From Candidatus Eiseniibacteriota bacterium (GTDB taxonomy: Bacteria; Eisenbacteria; RBG-16-71-46; CAVPCR01), in the NCBI GenBank assembly GCA_963823555.1, contig CAWGMA010000004.1, positions 512,001 to 576,000 on the forward strand: DNA of 64,000 nucleotides, written 5' to 3'. The position numbers and the translations under genes are program-made. The stretch's first letter is position 1. Each line of letters begins with the position of its first letter. The notes under the pieces are model-generated. The model did no database searches. It was not told the origin of the DNA and was given only the letters and a program-made list of their open reading frames with translations. Of this stretch, positions 28,532-37,981 are shown in pieces.

Positions 28532-29044
28532 ATGCGGAAGTTCGTTCCCGTTCTGCTCGCGCTCGCCGTCATGGCTTGGGCGCCATCCGCCCTGGCCCAG
28601 AGCACCGCGAGCGCCGACATCACGGCGCGGGCCACCGTCCTCGGCCCGATCACCGTCACCAATCAGGCGGACCTCGAATTCGGCAACGTGATTCCCGGCG
28701 TCGCGAAGTCCGTTGCGATCAGCGGCACCACGTCCGGCCGCTGGCTCGTCGCGGGCAACGCCGGCGCCGAGGTGAATCTCGACTTCACGGCGCTGCCGAA
28801 CAACCTGACCGGTCCGGCCACGATGTCGATCACGTACGCCGCCAACGATGCCGGCCACAACGTGACCAACAACGCCGCCGGGGCCGTGCCCTTCGATCCG
28901 GCCGGGACCGCGCTGGCGAACATCGGAAATGCTCCGGCGGAGCTCTACGTCTGGATCGGCGGCACGGTGAACCCGGTCGCGGGACAGGCGGCGGGTCTCT
29001 ACACCGGGACCATCACCCTGCAGGCGGCCTACACCGGCAACTAG
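28532..29044 (+). CDS. DUF4402-type secreted pilin-like protein 1 (candidate major subunit)
   Basis: Signal peptide ...PSALA|Q, then ADITARATVL, DLEFGNV, FDP, VWIGGTV and AGLYTGTITL..AYTGN. Confidence 0.8.
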   Translation: MRKFVPVLLALAVMAWAPSALAQSTASADITARATVLGPITVTNQADLEFGNVIPGVAKSVAISGTTSGRWLVAGNAGAEVNLDFTALPNNLTGPATMSITYAANDAGHNVTNNAAGAVPFDPAGTALANIGNAPAELYVWIGGTVNPVAGQAAGLYTGTITLQAAYTGN

Positions 29045-29078
29045 CTCGACTGCGGACCCCTGTTGCCACGGAGGGACG

Positions 29079-29594
29079 GTGAGGAAGGGGAGCGGATCAT
29101 GGTCGCCGGCGATCCTCGTGATCGTCTCGGCGCTCGTGCTGCCAGCGATGGTCGGACGCGCGGAGCCGGAGGCGGATGCACCCGGCTCCGCCGCGCCGCC
29201 GCCGCAGGGTCGCCAGCCCCTTGACTTCGGAGACGTGGTGGCGGGGATCGAGCTGAGCGTGAGCCGGCTCGATGGGCGCCGCGCCGGATCGTGGAAGCTC
29301 TTCGGTCGAGAGGATCAGGAGGTGCTCCTGACCTTCAACCTGCCGGCGGCACTCGCCGGTCCGCGCGGGGCGGCGTTGCCGATCCGGTTCGGCCGGGAGG
29401 ACGGCGGGTTCACGACCGAGCACCGGCCCGACCAGGCGCGGGGCTTCGATCCGCAGGTGCCGTATCTCGGCCGGCTGGGTCGCGGTGGTCATGCCTACGT
29501 GTTCCTGGGCGGCACCGTGAGTCCGCCGCTCGGGCAGCGTGCCGGAGCATATCAAGGCACGGTGACGCTCACCGTCGCCTTCACGGCGAATTGA
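29079..29594 (+). CDS. DUF4402-type pilin-like protein 2
   Basis: Signal peptide; LDFGDV, FDP, VFLGGTV and AGAYQGTVTLTVAFTAN; clear paralog of protein 1. Confidence 0.78.
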   Translation: MRKGSGSWSPAILVIVSALVLPAMVGRAEPEADAPGSAAPPPQGRQPLDFGDVVAGIELSVSRLDGRRAGSWKLFGREDQEVLLTFNLPAALAGPRGAALPIRFGREDGGFTTEHRPDQARGFDPQVPYLGRLGRGGHAYVFLGGTVSPPLGQRAGAYQGTVTLTVAFTAN

Positions 29595-29695
29595 CAGTTC
29601 TGTGATCGCGGTCCACCGGACCGGCGATGCGGAAGGGCCGGATGGGAATCGGAAGGAAGGATAGACGGATGGATCCGAGGAATGAAACGAAGGGA

Positions 29696-30526
29696 ATGCC
29701 CACCAAGCGGCTCGCATCCCTGCTTCTGGCGGTCCTGGCCCTCTGGGCCGGCACGGCGGGAGCGGTCGTCGTCGCGCCGCATGCCCTCTTCATCGATCAC
29801 CGCACGCGCTCCGGCGTGCTCTACGTGCACAACCCGGGTGATGTGCCGGAGGAGGTCACCGTCGATCTCGAGTACGGCTACCCGGTGTCGGATGGCGAGG
29901 GCGGGGTGAAGATCGAACTCATCCCCGACCCGCCGGCTGATGCTCCATCGGCCGCCGGCTGGGTCCGCGCCCTCCCGGCGCGCACGGTCGTGGCTCCCGG
30001 GGCCAGGCAGGCGATCCGTTTCCTCGCCCAGCCCCCGGCCGGGCTCGCCGACGGCGAGTACTGGAGCCGCGTCATCGTCACCGCGCGCGGGGGGCAGCCG
30101 CCCGTCGCGGCGGCCGGCAACGAGGCGGTGCAGGTCGGCCTCACCCTCGAGATGCGCACCATCACCTCGCTGACGTATCGCAAGGGCAAGGTGACTACCG
30201 GCGTCCAGCTCGACGGCTTCACCGCACAGCTGGGTGGTGACACCTTGACGACCGACACCCGCCTCTCGCGCGCGGGAGAGGGCGCCTTCCTCGGCACGCT
30301 GGAGTTCACGCTGACGGATCCGGCCGGCGCCATCGTCGGCAAGTGGAAGAACGCCGTCGCCGTCTACGAGGATCTCTACCGCCGCCTCGAGTTTCCGGTG
30401 GGGGCGCTGGCGCCCGGCCGCTATGTCGTCGGGCTCCGGGTGTCCACGGCGCGCGACGACATTCCCGAAGCCCATGTCCTGCCGGCGCCGCCGGTCGAGA
30501 CCACCGTGGCCGTGGACGTGCCCTGA
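29696..30526 (+). CDS. PapD-like periplasmic pilus chaperone
   Basis: Signal peptide AGA|VVVAP; LYVHNPG and W...P....APGARQAIRF....P.GL.DGEYWSR, followed by a second Ig-like domain. Confidence 0.75.
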   Translation: MPTKRLASLLLAVLALWAGTAGAVVVAPHALFIDHRTRSGVLYVHNPGDVPEEVTVDLEYGYPVSDGEGGVKIELIPDPPADAPSAAGWVRALPARTVVAPGARQAIRFLAQPPAGLADGEYWSRVIVTARGGQPPVAAAGNEAVQVGLTLEMRTITSLTYRKGKVTTGVQLDGFTAQLGGDTLTTDTRLSRAGEGAFLGTLEFTLTDPAGAIVGKWKNAVAVYEDLYRRLEFPVGALAPGRYVVGLRVSTARDDIPEAHVLPAPPVETTVAVDVP

Positions 30527-30563
30527 TTCCCAGCGCAGAGGGCGCTCGAGGAACGCTTGAACG

Positions 30564-31118
30564 ATGAAGAGCATGGCGACAGAAGCGCAGTGGAGAGGAC
30601 GGGCCGCCCGGGGCGTCATGCTGCTCGCCGGGCTCGCTCTCTTCCAGGCCTTGCTCCCGACTTCAGCTCTCGCGCAGTCATCGATCACCGCGAGCGCCGT
30701 CGTCGTCGGGGGCAATCTCGACATCGCCCGCGAGCGGGATCTCGATTTCGGCGATGTGATCCGCGGGGTGCCGGTGACGATCGCCATCCGTGACAACAAC
30801 GCCGGGCGCTTCCGCATCACCGGCAGCCCGGGCGCCGATGTCTCGCTCAACTTCCTCCTGCCCACGCTCCTCGCCTCCGGTCCCAACACCATGCCCATCA
30901 GCTTCGGGCCGAGCTCGGCAGGTCACTACCCGTTCAACGTGCCCCGCTTCGCGACCCTCTTCGATCCGCGGGTCCCGGCGGCGGCCCAGCTGCGCAACCA
31001 GGGTCCCACCGGGTACCTGTTCGTCTGGCTGGGGGGCACGGTGTCGCCGTCGGCCTTGCAGGCGCCGGGCATCTACACCGGGAACATCACCCTGGTCACC
31101 TCCTACACCGGAAGCTAG
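30564..31118 (+). CDS. DUF4402-type pilin-like protein 3
   Basis: Signal peptide ...TSALA|Q; SSITASAVV, DLDFGDV, FDP, VWLGGTV and PGIYTGNITLVTSYTGS. Confidence 0.78.
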   Translation: MKSMATEAQWRGRAARGVMLLAGLALFQALLPTSALAQSSITASAVVVGGNLDIARERDLDFGDVIRGVPVTIAIRDNNAGRFRITGSPGADVSLNFLLPTLLASGPNTMPISFGPSSAGHYPFNVPRFATLFDPRVPAAAQLRNQGPTGYLFVWLGGTVSPSALQAPGIYTGNITLVTSYTGS

Positions 31119-31151
31119 AGAGGGCCGTCCTCGTTGCGAGGAGGCATCGGG

Positions 31152-33779
31152 ATGGCAGGGAACGCTCGTAGCACGACGGCGCCGGCGGCCCGCATCGAGG
31201 CTGCCGTTCGCGCTGCCGGTCTCGCGGCTCTCGTGCTCGTGCTCCTCGTCCCATGCCCGACGCGCGCCGGCGATGACGACATCGTCATCGAGCTCCATGC
31301 CGGGCGGCTCGCCCGGCAGACCCTGCTCGCGCGCACCGCAGGCGGCATGGTGCTCGTCCCGGCCCGGCCGCTCTTCGAGATGATCGAGGTGCGCGCCAGC
31401 GTCGACTCGACCGGCCATCTCACGGCGGTCCGGGAGCCGAAGGGCATCCCCATCGAGGTCGACTTCACCCGGCAGTCGGCCCGTTCAGGAAATGACGTCT
31501 TCACGCAAGGATCGGCTCCGATGGCCTGGGCCGGAGGAGAGCTCTACCTGGGAACGCCCCTCATCGAGCACCTGCTCGATCTGAAGGTGGTCGTGGACTG
31601 GGCGGAGCTGGCCGTCATTCTGGATCCGGTCGATGATCTACCCCTGGGCCGTCGCCTCGCTCGCGAGCGGGCCCGCGCCGCGCGCCGGGGCGGGAGCGAC
31701 GATCCTCAGCCGGACCGCCTGCTCGGACCGGGCCCGGAGGCCGTTTCCGGCGCCGCCCTCGACTGGGGTCTCTTCATTCCCGACTTCGCCCTGCCCCAGG
31801 CCTCGAGCTACGAGCTTCGCTTCGGCACCGGTCTCGCCGGCGGCGCCTTCGATCTTCGCCACCGGGGCACCGCCGGCGGGAGAGCCGAGCACCCGATTGC
31901 CGCCTCCTGGGTTCGCGCCTGGCCGGAGGGATGGATCCCCCGCCAGCTCCGCCTCGGCTGGGTGGCCTCGACCGGGCCGCACGCCCGGCTCTTCCGCGGC
32001 ATCGCGGCTTCGACTGCGCCCTACTCGCGGCCTGCGACCTTCGGCGAGGCCGTCGTGCGCGGCTACCTCGGTCCAGGCTGGGAGATCGAGCTCCATCGCA
32101 ACGGGGAACTCGTTGATTTCACCCTCACCGATGTCGCCGGCTACTACGAGATCACGGCCCCCGTTGACTACGGAACGAACCCGGTGGACATCCGCGCCTA
32201 TGGGCCCAACGGGGAGGTGCGCGAGCTCACGCGCGCGATTCCGATCGCCGCCGAGCGCCTCCCGGCCGGGGCGATCGAGGCCGAGGCGAGTCTGGGCGCC
32301 TGCGACGGTCCTGAATGCCGTGGTCTCGCCAACGTCGACGCCCGGATCGGCGTCCATGAAGACTGGACCCTGAGGGGGGGGACCGATCTCTACCTGCGCG
32401 ACACGGGTGGCACACCGCTCGTCCATCCCTACCTGACGGCGAGCGGCGTCATCCAGGATGCCTGGCTCCTCCATGCCGATGCCGTGGGCGGCGCCTATGG
32501 CGCGGTCGGCGTCGGCTACGAGCCCACGCCCGATCTCCGGGCTTCCGGACGGCATGAAGTGTTCGCCACGCGGGTCGCGGATCCCATTCTGACCACGACC
32601 GGACAGCGCGCGCGCACGCTCGTCACGGCCTTCTACCGTCCGGATCCGCGTCGGCGTTCGCTCTACTTGACGCTCGGCGCGCAGCGTGATCGCCTCGCCG
32701 TTGACGTGCAGGATCGTCTTGCGCTCGGTCTCTCCGGGCAGGTCGAGAACGTGCGCCTGAATCTCGAGGGACGGGAAGAGAGACTCCGTGCCGGAAGCGC
32801 AGTGGCCAGCGCCCACCTGATCGGGGTGACGGCCTCGACCGCGCTCCGCTGGCGCCGGCTGCCGATCGCGCGCGGGCTCTATGTGCGCGGGCAGCTCGAG
32901 TGGGAGCTGGGCCGAGGTGCGCTCGAGCGAGCCGGGCTCGTGCTCGGGAAGAACGTGACCCCGTTCTCCCGTGTGGAGCTCGTCGCCGGCTGGTCCCATT
33001 TCGCCGGCACGCAGGTGAGCTGCACCATCTCCGCGCTCCGGCCGGGCCTCCATACCAGCGCCCAGGTGACCCGGGGCTTGAGCGGTGCCGTGACCACCGG
33101 GGCGTTCGCCGAAGGCGCCCTCCTCTGGAACGAAGCGGCGGAGCGCGTCGAGGTCTCCAGCTATCGCACGATCGGTCGCGGCGGCGTGAGCGGACTCGTC
33201 TTCCTCGACGAGAACGCCAGCGGCGGGATGGACCTCGGGGAGGAACCCCTGCCCGGAGTCCGCGTCACGGTGGGTTCTCATGCCGCGACCACCGATGAGG
33301 CCGGCCGCTACACGGTGTGGGATCTCGGACCCTTCGAGGACGCCGAGGTCACGATCGATCCCGAGTCGTTGCCGAGTCCATTCCTGGTGCCGACCGTGGC
33401 TTTCGCGCAGGTGGCGATCGAGCCCAACGGCTTCCGCGAGGTGAATCTCCCGGTGGTCATGGGCGCCGAGGCGTCGGGCCGCGTCAGCCGCGAGGGATCG
33501 GCCGGGGTGGCCGGCGTCGGCGGCGTGCGGGTCATCCTCACGCACCTCGGGACCGGCCGCCGCCATGAGGCGGTGACGTTCCACGATGGCGAGTTCTACG
33601 CGCTCGGTCTGCTTCCCGGCGACTACACCCTCGGCCTGGCTCCCGACACGCTCGAGCTCCTCGGGCTGCGCATCGATGGACCGGCCATCCGCTTCAACGT
33701 ACCGGCCGATCCCGATGCCCGCGCTCCCGCGGTGGACGTCCTCCTGGTCCCGGTGTCGGCGCCCCCCCGGGGCCGCTAG
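31152..33779 (+). CDS. Usher-like outer-membrane protein with C-terminal carboxypeptidase-regulatory/SdrD-B-like domains
   Basis: Signal peptide; plug-like IELHRNGEL...GYY...YGTN...AYGPNGE; many amphipathic beta strands; VSGLVFLDEN..G..D.GE.PLPGV and DGEFY..GL.PGDY. About 875 aa. Confidence 0.72.
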   Translation: MAGNARSTTAPAARIEAAVRAAGLAALVLVLLVPCPTRAGDDDIVIELHAGRLARQTLLARTAGGMVLVPARPLFEMIEVRASVDSTGHLTAVREPKGIPIEVDFTRQSARSGNDVFTQGSAPMAWAGGELYLGTPLIEHLLDLKVVVDWAELAVILDPVDDLPLGRRLARERARAARRGGSDDPQPDRLLGPGPEAVSGAALDWGLFIPDFALPQASSYELRFGTGLAGGAFDLRHRGTAGGRAEHPIAASWVRAWPEGWIPRQLRLGWVASTGPHARLFRGIAASTAPYSRPATFGEAVVRGYLGPGWEIELHRNGELVDFTLTDVAGYYEITAPVDYGTNPVDIRAYGPNGEVRELTRAIPIAAERLPAGAIEAEASLGACDGPECRGLANVDARIGVHEDWTLRGGTDLYLRDTGGTPLVHPYLTASGVIQDAWLLHADAVGGAYGAVGVGYEPTPDLRASGRHEVFATRVADPILTTTGQRARTLVTAFYRPDPRRRSLYLTLGAQRDRLAVDVQDRLALGLSGQVENVRLNLEGREERLRAGSAVASAHLIGVTASTALRWRRLPIARGLYVRGQLEWELGRGALERAGLVLGKNVTPFSRVELVAGWSHFAGTQVSCTISALRPGLHTSAQVTRGLSGAVTTGAFAEGALLWNEAAERVEVSSYRTIGRGGVSGLVFLDENASGGMDLGEEPLPGVRVTVGSHAATTDEAGRYTVWDLGPFEDAEVTIDPESLPSPFLVPTVAFAQVAIEPNGFREVNLPVVMGAEASGRVSREGSAGVAGVGGVRVILTHLGTGRRHEAVTFHDGEFYALGLLPGDYTLGLAPDTLELLGLRIDGPAIRFNVPADPDARAPAVDVLLVPVSAPPRGR

Positions 33780-34081
33780 TTCGCGACGAATTCCACGAGC
33801 ATCACGGCATCGGGCGCCCGGGGATCGTCGGGGATCCCGGGGTCGAGCCGCGTGACCCGGGCCAGTCCCTCTCGCGTCCAGTCCGGCGCGAAATTCCCGC
33901 TCTGGGCGAGGAGGGACGACATGACGTCGAGCGCGGCGGCGCTCGGTCCGGCATCGAGGACGGTGGCCGACACGGTGATCGAGGCGGCGGCGGATCCTGC
34001 GCTTGGTTCGGGGATCGCGGCCGCGACCACGCCCGCGGTGAAGACGGCGGCCGCGATGAGCAGGGGGACGATGCGGAGCAT
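33776..34081 (-). CDS. 101-aa secreted protein with pilin-like N- and C-terminal motifs
   Basis: Signal peptide, ASITVSATVL and C-terminal VEFVAN. Its stop overlaps the usher stop (CTAG). Confidence 0.68.
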   Translation of the reverse strand: MLRIVPLLIAAAVFTAGVVAAAIPEPSAGSAAASITVSATVLDAGPSAAALDVMSSLLAQSGNFAPDWTREGLARVTRLDPGIPDDPRAPDAVMLVEFVAN

Positions 34082-34115
34082 GGGGTTGATCTCGGAGCGG
34101 GATCGCGGCGCCGTG

Positions 34116-34149
34116 GGGACTTTCCCCCGGCGGCCGGGCGAAAGTTCCC
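34116..34149. other. GC-rich inverted repeat / hairpin
   Basis: GGGACTTTCCCCCGG-CGG-CCGGGCGAAAGTTCCC between the S9 peptidase stop and the mini-pilin start; no U-tract. Confidence 0.45.
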
Positions 34150-34277
34150 GGCGCGACCGGCTAACTTGTGGCCCGGCAATCAGGTGGAGCGATCATTCCG
34201 AGGCATTGCAAGTCGCGGGCCGTGCCGGCGCGTCCCCTTGCATCCTGCAGCGGTGCTGCGACTCCCCCGATGGCGGC

Positions 34278-36191
34278 CTACGGCTTCAGGTGGTGGGCGA
34301 AGAACTCGGTGATCTTCGTGTAGCAGGTCACCTTGTTCTTGTACTTGAGGACATCGTGACCCTCATCCTCGAAGACGAGATAGTCGACCGTCTTCCCCAG
34401 CGCGCGTAGCCGTTCCACCACATCTCGCGACTCGCGCTCCACGACTCGCGGGTCGTTCTGGCCCTGGATGACGAGGAGCGGACAGGTGATCCGCTCGATG
34501 TAGGTCGCCGGAGAGCGCTCGACGAGAAAATCCCTGTCCACGGCGGGATCGCCGACCGCGATGGCGAAGTAGGGCTTCCAGGTCTCGGGTATGCGGCTCA
34601 TGAAGGTCAACAGATCGTACGGACCGAACATATCGACCGCGGCGGCCCACAGCTCCGGGTGGCGGGCGGCCAGGGTCAAGGTCATGTAGCCGCCGTACGA
34701 GCGTCCGATCACCGCGGCGCGCTTCACATCGAGGCGCGGATCGCGGGGCAGGACCTCGGTCATGGCATGCACGTGATCGAGGCGGTCCTGGCCCCCCCAG
34801 TCGTGATCGACCTCTTTCATGTACGAAAGCCCGTAACCGGTCGAGCCGCGGGCGTTGGGAACGAAGACCGCGAATCCGTGCAGGGAGAGGAACTGGATGA
34901 GCGGCATCGAGAACCAGGCGAAGTCAGGTCGCTCCTGCCCCTGCGGGCCGCCGTGGACGTAGTAGACGACAGGTCGAGATCCCTTGTAGCCGAGGTCGGG
35001 CGCGGGCAGGTAGAGACGGGCCGAGATGCGAAGTCCATCGAACGAGCGGTAGGAGGCGTCCTCGCCGCGCGCCAGCCAGGCGGCAGGGATCCCGAGCACG
35101 CGCTCGCGCGTGTGCTGCACGTGGACATGCGACTCCCGCCTCTCGAGCGTGTGGATCTGGGTCGGGGTCGTGGCCGTCGAGAAGGACAGGGTGTGCGTGT
35201 CGGTGTCCGCGTCGTAGCTGGCCGACTCGATCACGCCATGGGTCAGGGGGGCCATCCCGCAGATCACGCGGTCGAGCGTCATGCTGCGATCGGCCACGTC
35301 GAACCGACCCTCGTACATCCAGGAGCAGCCGTCGATGTTGTAGGTGACGGCGAAGCGATCGGCGTCGAGATGTTCGATTCCCGTCAGCTCGCCCTCCCCG
35401 GTATGCACGATGCCGGACACCGAGACCGGTTGCACGACTTCCGGATCGGCAAGATCCAGGTAATCGATGCCGTAGCGGTCGGAGTGGATGGCGGAAGCCA
35501 GGAGCAGTCCGCGGTCGCCGATGTACTCCGCCGCGGCAATCCCGGAGAGCGGGTAGTCGTGCCCCGGCTTGCGCTTCTCGAGTGGAGTGCCGTACAGGAG
35601 ATCGCGCCTGCCCTCGCCGAGCTCCGCTCGCCACTCGTAGAGCGTGACGTCCCCGGCGGTGTAGCCATCGCCGAGGAGGACGCGCGTATGATCGGCGTTG
35701 TGCGCGATCGGTACCGAACCCCAGCGACTCTCGCCGAGGCGATCCAGCTTTCCGGTCGGCAGATGGCCGCGGAAGGCGCGGTTCACCGCCTCGCGGCGCG
35801 ATTCCGCCGACAGATAGAGGATGCCACGCCTCGGATCCACGCGCGTCATGCTGACGCGGTCGTTGGCCAGCTGAGCGCCGAAGGCCGGCTCCGGGAAGCC
35901 CCCGCCGATCGGGATCACCATCGGCTGATAGTTCTCATCCCCGTCCCGATCGATCATGACGATGATCTTCTCGAGCCGGGGGAAAACGTGGAAGGGGTGG
36001 CCTGTCATCAGGTGCGGGTTCTGGAGTGCGATCGATGGCGGTAGGAGCGGCTCCGGGAAGCTGCCCCCGGAACGGGCATCCATCACGTAGAGGCTCAGCC
36101 GGCCGCTGAGATCGCTCAGGAAGTAGATGCGGCCCCCGGCGATTCGCGGGGCGAGGACCAGACGCGCGGAGAGCAAGGATTCGATGCGCAT
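34278..36191 (-). CDS. S9 family peptidase (prolyl oligopeptidase / acylaminoacyl peptidase)
   Basis: VHGGP, NARGSTGYG, GRSYGG nucleophile, G.NDPRV and DEGH. Confidence 0.93.
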   Translation of the reverse strand: MRIESLLSARLVLAPRIAGGRIYFLSDLSGRLSLYVMDARSGGSFPEPLLPPSIALQNPHLMTGHPFHVFPRLEKIIVMIDRDGDENYQPMVIPIGGGFPEPAFGAQLANDRVSMTRVDPRRGILYLSAESRREAVNRAFRGHLPTGKLDRLGESRWGSVPIAHNADHTRVLLGDGYTAGDVTLYEWRAELGEGRRDLLYGTPLEKRKPGHDYPLSGIAAAEYIGDRGLLLASAIHSDRYGIDYLDLADPEVVQPVSVSGIVHTGEGELTGIEHLDADRFAVTYNIDGCSWMYEGRFDVADRSMTLDRVICGMAPLTHGVIESASYDADTDTHTLSFSTATTPTQIHTLERRESHVHVQHTRERVLGIPAAWLARGEDASYRSFDGLRISARLYLPAPDLGYKGSRPVVYYVHGGPQGQERPDFAWFSMPLIQFLSLHGFAVFVPNARGSTGYGLSYMKEVDHDWGGQDRLDHVHAMTEVLPRDPRLDVKRAAVIGRSYGGYMTLTLAARHPELWAAAVDMFGPYDLLTFMSRIPETWKPYFAIAVGDPAVDRDFLVERSPATYIERITCPLLVIQGQNDPRVVERESRDVVERLRALGKTVDYLVFEDEGHDVLKYKNKVTCYTKITEFFAHHLKP

Positions 36192-36242
36192 GAACGTTGT
36201 CCCTTGGTCGGTGCTTGGTCTGCGGCCGGGTTCACATCGACG

Positions 36243-37178
36243 TTACACCACGTCGGATGGGAGACTGATCGCGGCAGGGCGCATCACCGGAGTGTAGGCG
36301 CCCCGCACCATGTAGAGCGAGAGATTCGTGGCCCGGAAACCCATGGCCATGGCCTGCGCCACGACATCGGCCTGGGATGCCAGCAAGTGGACGAGGAAGA
36401 TGTTGGCCTCCTGTCCCAGGCGCTCGCCAAGCCGGGCGAGCAGCTTGCCGAGCAGATCGGCCGACTCGGCGCCGCCGGGGCCGATCATCGCCAGCTGGCC
36501 CTCGATGCGGCCGAAGAGGTACCCGCGCACGGTGTCGCCGTCGAGGGCTGCGAGGCCGATGCCGCCGCCGGCGACCAGGGAGCGAAAGTCGCGCTCGCGC
36601 GACCCACCGAAGTATGCGGCATCGAAGCGAGCCACGCTTGTCACGTCCGCCGGCCCGATCTCGCGCACCGGCGCCGGGGCGATCGCCTCGAGCATCCCAG
36701 GGCCTTTGAGTGCGCCGAGGGCGACGAGGCGCAGTCCGTAGTCGCGCGGGACGTAGCCTCGCTTGAGGGGAATGGTGAAGGCTCGCATGTTGAAGGCATC
36801 GACGAAGAGGCGGGTGGATGAGCAGCGTGCGGCGCGGTCGCTGAGGGCCTCGAAGAGGCGAGTGCCAATTCCCGCCGCCTGGTCGGGAGGATCGACGACG
36901 ACCGGGCCGAGCGATGCCACCTCGTCGCGCAGGTGGAGGAAGCCCGCGCCCACGATCTTGTCGCCGCGCCGGGCCACGGCGGCCTCGCCGCGATCGAGCT
37001 CGAGATAGAGGCGAGCCAGTCGCTCGCCCTCCTTCTCGTCGGTGATCGGTTCCGGTAGTCCATGCATGCGGAAAGCGTTGCCGATGGCGCGGTAGATGAT
37101 GGCGCCGACCGGGGCCGTATCGGCAGCGGTCATCGGAGCCAGCTCGGGCCTATCGGCGGGCAAGACGTCGAAGTTCAT
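36243..37178 (-). CDS. GNAT family N-acetyltransferase (tandem GNAT)
   Basis: LGPVVVDPPDQAAGIGTRL acetyl-CoA motif, followed by a second degenerate GNAT domain. Confidence 0.82.
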   Translation of the reverse strand: MNFDVLPADRPELAPMTAADTAPVGAIIYRAIGNAFRMHGLPEPITDEKEGERLARLYLELDRGEAAVARRGDKIVGAGFLHLRDEVASLGPVVVDPPDQAAGIGTRLFEALSDRAARCSSTRLFVDAFNMRAFTIPLKRGYVPRDYGLRLVALGALKGPGMLEAIAPAPVREIGPADVTSVARFDAAYFGGSRERDFRSLVAGGGIGLAALDGDTVRGYLFGRIEGQLAMIGPGGAESADLLGKLLARLGERLGQEANIFLVHLLASQADVVAQAMAMGFRATNLSLYMVRGAYTPVMRPAAISLPSDVV

Positions 37179-37399
37179 CGTCCTTTCCTGTGACTTGATG
37201 ACTGCTGCGGCGACGAGGTCACCCCACCACCCCTTCGACGAGCGCGGCGAAGAACCGGGCCAGGTCATGGGAATAGGGCATCGGCATCGCGGAGCAGGTG
37301 CCGTAGCCCATCGACGTGCTGGTGGCGAGCCCTAACCACAGATCGTACTCGAGCCCGTGGAAGCGCCAGCGGGGGAGGAGGGAGTCTACTCCAGCGCGG

Positions 37400-37572
37400 T
37401 CATGCTGCCCAGGGGGCGGGCTTGCCGGGGCGGGTGCTGCCGAGGCGCTGCCAGACCGCGGCGAGCGCGGGAAGGTAGCGCACGAGCACCCGAAGGCCAG
37501 TTCGTTCACGCGACGGACGGTCTCGCGGTCTGCCTGCTCCTCGGGCCGGATGGTTGCCGGTGCTTCAGCCAT
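37400..37572 (-). pseudogene. Internally deleted YhbS-like GNAT acetyltransferase remnant
   Basis: The N-terminus IRPEEQADRETVRRVNELAFG is followed directly, in another frame, by the C-terminus-like VLVRYLPALAAV...stop. Confidence 0.55.
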
Positions 37573-37972
37573 GTTGGGTCCGGCTCCCGGTCGGCGGCCC
37601 GGCGCCGGCCCTGGTCCGGGGCTGCCACCTGAAGGCCTCGAGCGAGACCCGGCCGTTCGCGTCGAACACCACCCCTTCGCGTTCGAGCAGAAATCGCTGC
37701 GCGAGCCCTCCGCCCGGTTCCTGACGGCCGAGGCTGATCGTGCCGCGCGCGTTCAGGACCCGATGCCACGGCACGGAGGAATGCGCGGGCAAGGCATGGA
37801 GCGCGTAGCCGACGAGACGCGCCTGGCCGGGGAGACCGGCCACCCGCGCGATGTCGCCGTAGGTCGCGACCCGGCCGCGAGGGATGCGGCGCACCGCGGC
37901 GTAGATCCTCCGGTAGCGCTCGGAGCTGGGATCCGGGGCGGTGTTCACGCCCCGGGCCCGTCTGGATCGCAT
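37565..37972 (-). CDS. Alkyltransferase-like protein (Atl/YbaZ, MGMT family)
   Basis: IPRGRVATYGDIA, ARLVG and PWHRV (Trp replaces the active Cys). Confidence 0.9.
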   Translation of the reverse strand: MRSRRARGVNTAPDPSSERYRRIYAAVRRIPRGRVATYGDIARVAGLPGQARLVGYALHALPAHSSVPWHRVLNARGTISLGRQEPGGGLAQRFLLEREGVVFDANGRVSLEAFRWQPRTRAGAGPPTGSRTQHG

Positions 37973-37981
37973 GGCGTGGGC

